A program made the position numbers and the translations under genes. A stretch of DNA of 63,002 nucleotides, counting the filler, from Parasitella parasitica NRRL 2501 (Eukaryota > Fungi > Mucoromycota): the NCBI GenBank assembly GCA_025201805.1. It is 9 parts of 9 records of this genome, joined end to end, with 100 filler letters (N's around TTAATTAATTAA, not from the genome) between each part and the next. Parts side by side here need not be neighbours in the genome. Positions count along the whole stretch, not along the records: positions 52,607 to 61,881 come from MU619275.1; positions 61,982 to 63,002 come from MU619685.1; 7 more parts are not named here. The stretch is one strand, 5' to 3'. Every line of letters starts with the position of its first letter. Within the stretch, counting starts at the first letter, position 1. This document shows, piece by piece, positions 52,607 to 63,002 of this stretch. The notes beneath the pieces were generated by a model. That model did no database searches, had not been told where the DNA came from, and worked only from the letters and a program-made list of their open reading frames with translations.

Positions 52607-55600
52607 TAGCTCAACAATACATGTCACCAGACTGGACAGATCATGAATTGCTGGGTTTTACGCTCAACTATCAAGTTACCAACGGCCGTGGCTCGGGAGT
52701 TTGGAAGGCTAACCCCTTTTTAGCAAGAAGCAAGAGATTTCGCCAAGCTCTGGCCTTACACCTTGAGACTAACATGACACATTTCTCTACGATTCAGTCA
52801 TTTTCCAACCCACAGCAACAATGGGACTGGATAAAGGGTGAAGTTAAACTTTTTGTTAAAACCTTTCAGCGAGAGGATAATAATTGGAGACAGAAGCAGC
52901 TTCATAAACTACAGGCCAAAAGGAATAAAGCTCTCCGACATAAGAAACATCGAGGATTGGTATTTCAAGGATTGGATTTTCTTAATTCGCAAATTCAAGC
53001 TTTACAACATTCAATAGCAGAGATCGAAATATTAAAGTCTGGTAAGATCTGGCGAGAAAATGGAGAGAAATCTGCCGGCTTCTTGAAGCGAACGGCTATA
53101 TCCCGACAAAATCGGCGCACCATTACCGAACTGCGAGATCCGGTGTCAGGCGAACTATACAGTGATCTTGCAAATAATTCACGGATTGCAACTGGCTTTT
53201 ATACTAGCCTCTTCACTCCAACGCCAACAGACCCTATTGCTCTAAGTCAATTGATCCGTAGTATTCCCCCACACTTGAAGGTTACATCGGAACAGCAGGA
53301 CGACCTGTTGGAGGTAATAACAGTAGCAGATGTTTTGACAGAAAGCAAACGCACTCCCAGACGAAGTAGTCCTGGCCCTGATGGCTTGCCTTATGAGATT
53401 TTATATCTAGTAATGCAATTTCCCCCGTACCAAGACTTGATCTCCCGGGTTTACAAGGACGCTCTTCAGAGGAGTAAATTTCCAAATTCCTGGAACGAGT
53501 CTGTTATGTGTCTTCTCTATAAAAAAGGTGATCCGGCGGATATGAAGAATTTTCGACCTTTGTCGTTGGCCAACACTGACTACAAGTTATTCACTCGTAT
53601 TCTGTGTCACCGTATCATGGAAGTTGCATCTCAACTCATTAGTCGACATCAATTAGGCTTTATACCTGGGCGTTTCATAGCGGAAAATGGCATGATCTGT
53701 CAGCTTCTCATGGAGGATGCTCAGCGAAAATGGACTATAGCCGAACAAACGGGTACTGATCCATACTTTAGACAGCTCGATTCCGATATTGGCCTTCTTC
53801 TTGACCAAGAAAAGGCATATGATCGCGTTAATTTAGACTACCTGCAAAAGGTCTTGCTAAAGTTCGGTTTTCCGAGGAAGCTGATCAACTGTGTTAAGCA
53901 CTTGATGGGGGATAACAAGATTCGTATCAATATCAATGGACACCTCACTGAGTCAATTGTTAAACTACGAGGACTGAAGCAAGGTGATCCATTGTCACCA
54001 ATATTGTACAACCTGGCGTTCGAACCCTTTTTATTGTCTATTAGCCATGACAGGCATTTCAAAGGTTACTTAATGGGGTCTTCTTGCACAAAAGTTTTAT
54101 GCTATGCCGATGATGCTCTTGTTTTTGTTCATGATGCCGATGATCTCAATAGACTCCAGGTACACATGGACCGGTATTGTGCGGCCTCAAACGCTCGCTT
54201 CAACAATGACAAAATCCAAGCCTTCTCGGTTTCTGGACGCGATACCTGGCATCTTTGGGAACGTTATCTGCGCCCTTTGCAGATAAACCATCTTCACTCC
54301 GTTGAGGATGATGAACCTTTGATTTATTTAGGGTTTCCATTGATTCATAGCCGCATCCAACGTATAAATTATATGGGGATATTGACGTCTACGATCTCCA
54401 CTGCTTTACAAACCCATTCAACTCGAGGCTTGTCCGTGGTTGGTAAGGCGACAGTATTGAATTCGCTTATTCTATCAAAGCTCTGGTATATTTTGCGTAT
54501 CACGCCCCTGACAAAGGCAGATCTGCTGAAATTACGGTCCTTGGCCATTCAGTTTTTGAAGAAGAGCATTTTCCCTGTGATTCCTTGGAGTATTTGGATT
54601 TTACCGAAAGAGCAAGGAGGTCTAGGAGTGGTGGATATAGAGATACAGGCCTCGGCTTTGTACTTTCGTTGGTTACAACCTTTACTAGCGCACGATCAAG
54701 CTACCATCGACTCACATCCCGTCTACTATCTGCTTAGTTATCATCTCCGAAATGTCAATGGCTGCAAGTACCATCATATTCCGTTGCTATTCCCTATCTC
54801 NNNNNNNNNNNNNNNNNNNNNNNNNNNNNNNNNNNNNNNNNNNNNNNNNNNNNNNNNNNNNNNNNNNNNNNNNNNNNNNNNNNNNNNNNNNNNNNNNNNN
54901 NNNNNNNNNNNNNNNNNNNNNNNNNNNNNNNNNNNNNNNNNNNNNNNNNNNNNNNNNNNNNNNNNNNNNNNNNNNNNNNNNNNNNNNNNNNNNNNNNNNN
55001 NNNNNNNNNNNNNNNNNNNNNNNNNNNNNNNNNNNNNNNNNNNNNNNNNNNNNNNNNNNNNNNNNNNNNNNNNNNNNNNNNNNNNNNNNNNNNNNNNNNN
55101 NNNNNNNNNNNNNNNNNNNNNNNNNNNNNNNNNNNNNNNNNNNNNNNNNNNNNNNNNNNNNNNNNNNNNNNNNNNNNNNNNNNNNNNNNNNNNNNNNNNN
55201 NNNNNNNNNNNNNNNNNNNNNNNNNNNNNNNNNNNNNNNNNNNNNNNNNNNNNNNNNNNNNNNNNNNNNNNNNNNNNNNNNNNNNNNNNNNNNNNNNNNN
55301 NNNNNNNNNNNNNNNNNNNNNNNNNNNNNNNNNNNNNNNNNNNNNNNNNNNNNNNNNNNNNNNNNNNNNNNNNNNNNNNNNNNNNNNNNNNNNNNNNNNN
55401 NNNNNNNNNNNNNNNNNNNNNNNNNNNNNNNNNNNNNNNNNNNNNNNNNNNNNNNNNNNNNNNNNNNNNNNNNNNNNNNNNNNNNNNNNNGAAAAAGTTT
55501 GGCAAGGTGTGATTTTTGAATTTCTGTGTCCCACTACGACTATCAGCGACATCAAAGAGGCTCTTTTGTCCCTGGATTTTACCGATATTTGGTATTGCCA

Positions 55601-55976
55601 ACTTACCGGTATCAAACCATACAAAATCCTCCTCATCTCTTTATCTCAACTCTGGCTCGCTCATATGCGATTTATCTTTAACCAAACGCCAATGGTACCT
55701 ACAACAATTCTGGCTAGTATCCGATCCTCTGTCCATCAGGCCATTGGGGAAGATCAATGCCATACAATTCTGTAGCTAGCATTGCCATTTTAGTTTTCTT
55801 GTTTTTAAAATAGTTTTTTTTTTTTCTCTTATCTCACTAACTTCTTTATTGTTCTTATCATTATTATTTATATCTATAACATTATATTTTATCTCAATTG
55901 CACCCGCCTCTTCGATAGGAACTCATATCCTATAGTACGCGGCTCAATCAATAAACACAATTTAAAAAAAAAAAAA
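52607..55976 (+). mobile_element. L1/Tx1-clade LINE ORF2 and 3' end with poly(A); frame open in the sequenced part
   Basis: WTDH (end of APE), WKANP, ENGEKSAGFL, SPGPDGLPYE, FRPLSLANTDYK, LLDQEKAYDRV, GLKQGDPLSP, YADD, YLGFP; AATAAA then A13 at 55964-55976. Confidence 0.95.
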
Positions 55977-57270
55977 GATCCAAAACTCGTGTAAATTGTG
56001 GTCCATAAAAGCAAAGACTTCACTGCTTGAAGTGCTCTCGACAAGGGCTGTTATAGAAGATTTCCCAGAATAAGAAGAGTCACTGCTGTTAAGCTATTCA
56101 ATGCAATGGTAAGTTTTCTTCAAAAATCGAATTTTCAGCACAACGTTCTTGCAGAAAATGTTGGTTTCTTTATCCAAGTGGGATTCATTTCACGCATACG
56201 CAATATTCATGTATCGCCAAAATTGGATGCTGCATTGGAATAATGAAATATAACTTGTATATATATATTTGCAATTAGCAAAACCTGGTAAAAGCATGAG
56301 ATCGAAATGGCAAAAAAAAACATTGGTAAGGTATAATATACTATGGTTTGACATATGGCTTTATTAAAAAAAAAATTTATAAACTTCTTTTCCACAGATG
56401 TGGCCAGTTGATATCGTCGCGCAGCCTCTGAAGCAGTGATTGATCGATTTTCTGCAACTTATGCTCGATAACAAGCTGTCTAATGACGGTTGGAATATCT
56501 CTGGACGATTTTTTTTTCGGCCCTTCTGTCTTTAGTTGATGAACTATGAGGTATTTTTTTTTTAAATCAAGTAGGATTGAGAAATGTGAAATGGTATGTA
56601 AAAGAAAATAGAAAGGTTATAATTAAGCTGAATGCAGGCCTTGTAATGTATACAAATGATACAATCATTACAATCCTAATTAATGTTTGCATGTCGTGTC
56701 GTTATGTCATTGTCAACTTATTGTCATGTAGCTGCCATTTGTAGTCGAAATCAAGACAAAAGACCCGTTTGTGTAAACATTTCTAAAAAGGTAAAAAAAA
56801 ATGAATCATGTTTTGAAAGTTTTAATCATAACTTTTGTTCATGTAACGTCGTTAATCCTGTCGTCATAATATTTGGTTTGTGTTATATTATTGTTGTGTT
56901 ATCGATAAATTTAAGATTATCCTATTTTATAATAAACCCTATTAATCTAGTGGATTGACCAATATAATCATTATATGCAATATGGTCGAATGACAGATAT
57001 TCTTGAGAAGCAAAAAGTAGAGGAAAGCAGCCCGAATTGAAGAACACTATTTCAGATTGTATCAAAATCTTTGTTTAGGAAGTTTTATTCTTTGTTTGCA
57101 CTTAGTCAAATTCACAGACTTATTGCAAGTTAAGACAATACCTAAACCTCATGGTTGCATCACATTGTATCATGAAGCTATATAAATTGGAGTGCAATCC
57201 TTCATTTCTTTTCTTTCTTTTTTTTTTTTATTGTATCTTTTTTATTTCCATTTAAAAAAAACAATTGCAA

Positions 57271-60200
57271 ATGTTTCGACAATTCAACTCTATTTCATCA
57301 GAAAGGGCTCCTATTCTGATTCATCCTATCAATCCAAAGCTAGATGCCGTGAACGACTTGTGCCAACCACTGCTTTTGCCTCAACCGGAGCCTCAACAAA
57401 AATCAGCTGTACGACAACACCGTACCGCAACTGCTGTGGCTGACTGGGAAGCAACCATTGAAAAGTCTATTCAAAGTATTGTTTCTATCAAATCATGCCG
57501 ACCTCGAGGTTTGGACACAGAGACGCCCGGCTCTTTCACTGCTACTGGTTTTGTTGTAGATCCCGAGTTAGGCATTATTCTCTCAAACAGACATGTTGTG
57601 TCCATATCTCCCACAAGGGCCTACGCAGTTTTCTGCAATTATGAAGAAGTTGAGCTGGAAGCAATTTATAGAGATCCAGTCCATGATTTTGGGTTCTTCC
57701 GTTACGACCCTTGCAAAATTAGATTTTTAGATATTCCCGGTATAGAATTATTCCCTAAAGGAGCCAAGATTGGACAAGATATCCGTGTTGTAGGGTAAGT
57801 AGATAAATAGCAGCTTTCTGATAGCGTCAGTTTCTCATCATAACCATAGAAACGATGCTGGGGAGAAGTTGAGTATCTTGTCAGGCACATTGGCAAGATT
57901 AGATCGAGAAGCACCTAATTATGGGGTTGGTAATTACAATGACTTCAATACATTCTACTATCAGGCTGCTTCCAGTACAAGTTCAGGGTCTAGCGGCAGT
58001 CCCGTATTGAATGTCGATGGTAAAGCAATCGCATTGAATGCAGGTGGCGCTTCATTATCTGCGTCCAGCTACTATCTACCACTAGACCGTGTTCAGCGTG
58101 CGCTACGCATAATTCAAGATGGCAGTAAGAATATACCACGCGGAACCATTCAGACAACATTCGAGTATCAATCATACGACGTTTTAGTCCAACTTGGGCT
58201 CAGTCGTCATTTAGAAAAGAGGTTAAGAAACCTGTCTCGACAGCAACACCAGAATACGGTCAACGAGGGATTGCTCGTTGTCAAATCAGTATTATTGGAT
58301 GGACCAGCATATGATATCTTGAAGCCAGGTGATATACTCCTGACTTGCAATGGCCAACTACTACCTCAATTATTCGTTGATCTAGAGGAGAATTTGGATA
58401 ACTCAGTGGAAAACAGTATACCTATCAAGATGACCGTGAGTAGAGCTGGAGAGTTGAAGGAAATCGTCATCCATGTTCAGGATTTGCATTCTGTAACGCC
58501 TTTTCGTTATCTGGAATTTGGAGGTGGTGTTTTGAATGATCTGTCGTATCAGATGGCAAGATCATATGGGTTGTCACTGAAAGATGCCGGTGTGTACGTT
58601 GGTGCTGCCGGTTTTTTGTTGGGCGGTGCTCGTGCTATGCGTAGCTCCATCATTGTTGGTATTAACAACAAACCCGTGAAATCGCTTGATGATTTTGTCT
58701 TGGCTGTGTCACAGATCGAGCAAGGCAAACGAGTTCCTATTCGATTCTATACATTGGCAAGCCCGATGAAAACTAAAATCATGCTTGTTCATATGGACTG
58801 GAGATGGCACAAGTTCCAGATAGCAACACGAAACGGTAAGCATCCCTGAAAAATATTACGAGCTCAACTGACATAGCGTGTGTGTGAAAAACAGATACCA
58901 CCGGTCATTGGGATTACAAGGTATTGCAAACTCCTCTGAAGCATTATTCATCTGTCAAAACAGCCAAGGAAAGTATCGAGTACAACCATGCCGACGAGGA
59001 ACTAGAAGACCCTATTGAATCATTGAAGAAAAGTATCGTCGCTATCGAATCCAGCCCACCATTTGTTGTAGATGGTTCGAGGAACCCTCGTTCCTATGGC
59101 ACTGGCGTTATCGTGTCTATGAACCCACCTCTTATTATCTGCGATCGCGATACAGTGCCCATCAGTCTCACTGTCATTTCTCTCACATTCGATAATTCAA
59201 TTACGATTTCTGCAGAGCTTCTATTCTTGCACCCATTCTATAATTTTGCTGTGTTGAAATTCGATCCAATGCCTGTCATTGAAGCCGGAATAAAAATGAA
59301 AGCGGCTACACTCGATGACCAAGATTTCCAAGTAGGAGAGGAAGTTACTTACGTAGGCCTTTCTGGTAAGATTCGAAGCAGCACATGCTTACAGCACTGT
59401 ATTTAGCAATATCTTGTAACACTAGGTCGAAGCGAGATTGATGTAAAAAAGACTATTTTAACAAGCTTGGGAGCTATTAAAACCGCCGAGACGACTCCAC
59501 CTAGATGGAGAGCCACCAATGTCGAAGCTTTCAGGGTGAGTGATGGCGTGTTAGCTAGTCAAGGCGGCTTATTTGCAGATCTTTCTGGAAAAGTAAGAGC
59601 CATCTGGATGAGTTTCTCAATAGACAATGAAAGAGGACAACTATCAAGTGTTTTTGGTGGTTTACCATCAAGGCTTATCATGCCTGTCATAGATAAACTC
59701 AAATCTGAACAGGCTCCTGTTGTCAGAGGCCTTGATGTTGAAGTCGGAACACTCTTAATATCGCATGCTAGACATATTGGAGTCTCTAATGAATGGATCA
59801 AAAGAATAAAGAACAAGACAACTGACACGCAGCCATCTGTTCTCTATATTCTAGGCATTACTGACATATCAAGTCTCTCTGGTCAGATCCTGAAGCCGGG
59901 TGATATTGTCCTAACAATCAACGATACCATATTGACGCACATTTCAGATTTTGGGTACTTCCATGACCAAGAAACATTGAAAATGGTAAGTTACAACGTT
60001 TCTTTCGTTTCAAGCTCACCCATACCTATATACACTTTGACATATAGACTATTTTTCGAGACGGCCAAGAACTCAACCTTACGGTGCCTACCACCAGTTT
60101 CGACGGTAAGGAGACTACCGAAGTAATAAGCTGGCAAGGCATGGTACTTCAAAACACGTACGCTTCGGCTAAAGAACAAGTTCAGAATAAGGTTCCTGAA

Positions 60201-60626
60201 GGTGTTTATGTAGCCAGCTGTCTTTTGGGTTCACCTGCTCAAGCAAGCCTGGCGTCGGGTATTTGGATTACTGAGGTTGATCAAATCCCTGTCAAAACCG
60301 TTGGCGAGTTCCTTCAAGTTGTAAATTCCAACAATATTCTTACCCCCCAAAAGAAGACAATCCAGAATCTAAAGAGAGGTCTAATCGATGTGTCTAAAAA
60401 CCAAGACAGCAAGACTTTATCATTACTAACTCCCCCCACAGAAGATGAATTTGAAGATGACCTTGATGACGGTAAAAACCATGTGCAAATCAAGTTTGTA
60501 AGAGCCAATAATGCTGTGCAAGTCAGAGCCATGAAACTAGACAAAATTTACTGGCCAACATGGCATTTGAAAAAGAATGAATCATCTGCTCGAGGTTGGG
60601 ATATGACATTTTTCGAAACTAAATAA
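57271..60626 (+). CDS. NMA111: Pro-apoptotic HtrA-family serine protease Nma111/Ynm3 (tandem protease-PDZ), spliced
   Basis: [36 protein letters not shown]|[39 protein letters not shown]. Confidence 0.92.
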
Positions 60627-60720
60627 ACCAAATAAAGGGGGTGGAGGGAGGTTTTTTTCTTCTGCGTATATACATCTAATTTTTTCTTTGGTTTATTAAG
60701 AGAGCGTTCGTTCATCATTA

Positions 60721-61316
60721 TTACAAAGAAGTTAAATCGACCAAATCAAATCTTCTTGGCTTGGGTTGATCCATGGGAATAGGAAGTGTTGCCTCGCGCT
60801 CGTGAACAATGCCGACTACTCTACGCTTGGGATGTTGAGCATCCTTGTAAAAACGAACATATCCAGGTTCAAGTGCATACAGCGTATGATCTTTGCCTAT
60901 GCCAACCTATGCATCCGCACACAAAAAATCAACTTTTTGTACTGAAAATACTCCACGAACGAGATATCAAACTTACGTTATCGCCAGGATGGAATTTAGT
61001 ACCTCTTTGACGAACAATAATATTTCCTGGGATCACTTCTTGCCCGCCAAATTTCTTGACACCTAGCCTTCTACCGGCAGAATCTCTACCGTTACGAGAA
61101 GAGCCACCCGACTTTTTTGTGGCCCAACGCACTTGAGTTGATTCTATACACATTGTATTTTAAATATTTCGAACAAGGGTGTGTCGTCTTTTTCATCGAG
61201 TTACCTGTTGTATTTTGTAAGAAGGATGCAATCATTGGTCTAGTTGTATTTGCCCATGAATAAGATTTGGTAGATGTTGAACTAAACTGTGAAAAGGTGC
61301 GGTTTAACAACGACAT
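60721..61316 (-). CDS. MRP7: Mitochondrial ribosomal protein bL27m, spliced
   Basis: Presequence, [48 protein letters not shown]|[20 protein letters not shown]. Confidence 0.93.
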
Positions 61317-61477
61317 CTTGATGGAATTGTGGAATTGTATAACAAGTAAATGGAACCTGGTTGATATATCTTTTGAAACGAGAGCAGGGTAAAATGACAA
61401 GGTCAAAGAGTCACGACGACTAATGATTAGATCTCAGTTTTGCTGGTGTCCCCCACTCAATTTGGTAGCACCATTTA

Positions 61478-61881
61478 ATGTCTTCTTCCACAACCAAACA
61501 GACCTTTACCTTGGGCAAAAACCCTAAAGCCTCGGGTACCAAATCACTTGATCCCCACCGCTCATGGTCTCATGTAGCCGCAGGAAAGATCCTGTCTTGC
61601 CACAGTTCTCAACAAACAGTTGCCAACGGATCCAAACCTACATCCTCGAAGCCTAAAAGTGGCCTAGCACCCCGCTCTTCGACCCAGGATTCCAAGTATG
61701 CCACTCGAAAAAACGATATATTTGTTGATGTCATTACTCCTTACATCGTCGCCAAGGAACCCAACAGTACCTTGATCGAAATTACTGATATTGCAGATAC
61801 TTCTGCTTTGAAAAAATTTCTCGGTTCCTTTAATTCTGAGGAAAAGTTTCCTTTTTATGGCGCTTTATTGAAAGTGCGCAA
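61478..61881 (+). mobile_element. Probable LINE ORF1 5' portion, truncated by a linker
   Basis: Low-complexity N-terminus with 'RSWSHVAAG' motif typical of L1-like ORF1; C-rich sense strand like the other LINEs; no diagnostic domain visible. Confidence 0.55.
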
Positions 61882-62049
61882 NNNNNNNNNNNNNNNNNNN
61901 NNNNNNNNNNNNNNNNNNNNNNNNNTTAATTAATTAANNNNNNNNNNNNNNNNNNNNNNNNNNNNNNNNNNNNNNNNNNNNAAACAAGTGATCTTGAGTT
62001 GAAATTGAGATATGTTGTAGAGCAGAAACGGATGTATCGAAAGAACTAA

Positions 62050-63002
62050 GGATGCAAGATGGATGTATCGTAGTTGTCGAGATATCGTCGTTTGAAAATA
62101 GCGTAAAACAGAACTTGTAAAAAAGTGATGTATACGCGAAAGAGCCTTCTTTTTTTTTTTTTTTTTAAAAAATTGATGTATACGCGAAAGAGCCTTATGT
62201 AAAAAAGTGACGTTTAAACGAAAAAGTTTTCAAGACCTTAGCCATATCTATTCCAACAATTTGTTTACTGTCTTGACCTTATCGAAGCCTATGTGAATAT
62301 TTGCGTCAAGCAAATAAAGCAAATTTTATTATATTTTTAGATATAAATTTTTAAAAAAATTTTTTTGTAAAAAACTATGTAAATGTTTTATTATTATTTA
62401 TGTTAGTTTAAAAATTTCTTTAAATGATTAGTATATTTTACAATTACGTATTTTATTTTTTTAAAGTAGTAAATTTTTTTAAAATTTGAGACAAATTTTT
62501 TTTTTATTTTAAATTGAATATGACAATATAGTAAATAAAAGAATTTTTTAAATTATTATTTGTTTATTAGAATGAAAAGTACTTTTTTATTTATGTATAA
62601 TGTAAGTTTGTGTTCAAATATAACATTTTATAATTGCTTAAAATTTAGTTTAATATATACATCTTTATTTTTGGAACAGTTAGTTAAAACTCAAAAAATC
62701 AATCAATATAGGTTTTTTGTTGGCAAAACTGATAAAAATGCAAAATGTTAGTTAATTTTTTTTGATGCGGTAATGCCAATTGAAATATAAAAAAGTAAAG
62801 TTATCCGAACTCTTAAACATACGGAAATTCGCATAGGTCGTGTATAACACGTAACTTTTTATATCTGGTAGAGGTCCGTCATACGTTCATGCGAAGGCTC
62901 ACAAAAGTAGGCTCTTTCGCGTATCCATCAATTTTTTCAAAAAAAGTTCAACTTTGAAGCACGATATCTCGACAACCAGCATACATCCATCTCGCATCCA
63001 AC
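62050..63002. other. AT-rich core (~62320-62765) enclosed by imperfect inverted repeats; candidate centromere core or foldback/MITE
   Basis: I count about 60 G+C in 62341-62760 (~86% AT); 62050-62098 and 62167-62195 match the reverse complement of 62952-62999 and 62909-62937. Confidence 0.6.

Noticed and set aside
54752-55636. Long X-filled ORFs
   Set aside because: Artefacts of translating through N gaps.

Overview
Eukaryotic, intron-rich, AT-rich fungal DNA, most consistent with a Mucorales genome (inferred from short introns, gene content and TE families). It is a draft scaffold: many contigs are joined by artificial 100-bp N44-TTAATTAATTAA-N44 linkers, so adjacency across those joins is uncertain. 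Layout: (1) 1-9.6 kb holds tRNA-Phe, two IS630/Tc1-type elements and a spliced PD-(D/E)xK-like nuclease gene with two 239-bp structured tandem repeats just upstream. (2) 10.1-23.2 kb is a dense housekeeping island (PRE7, snurportin-1, ELF1, DnaJ, IMP4, COX17, an SDR, PEX5, EME1). (3) 23.2-57.2 kb is a ~34-kb block with no recognisable host gene, made of nested TEs (two L1/Tx1-like LINEs, CACTA-like transposases, Ty3/Gypsy, Helitron, DD37E Tc1, solo LTRs) and including a near-perfect 2,685-bp inverted repeat around a LINE. (4) NMA111 and a mitochondrial L27 gene follow. (5) The window ends with a LINE ORF1 start and an ~86% AT core inside inverted repeats (candidate centromere core or foldback element). 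Top leads: the 239-bp tandem structured units, each closed by its own different stem, next to a nuclease gene; the giant inverted repeat; and the AT-rich core.
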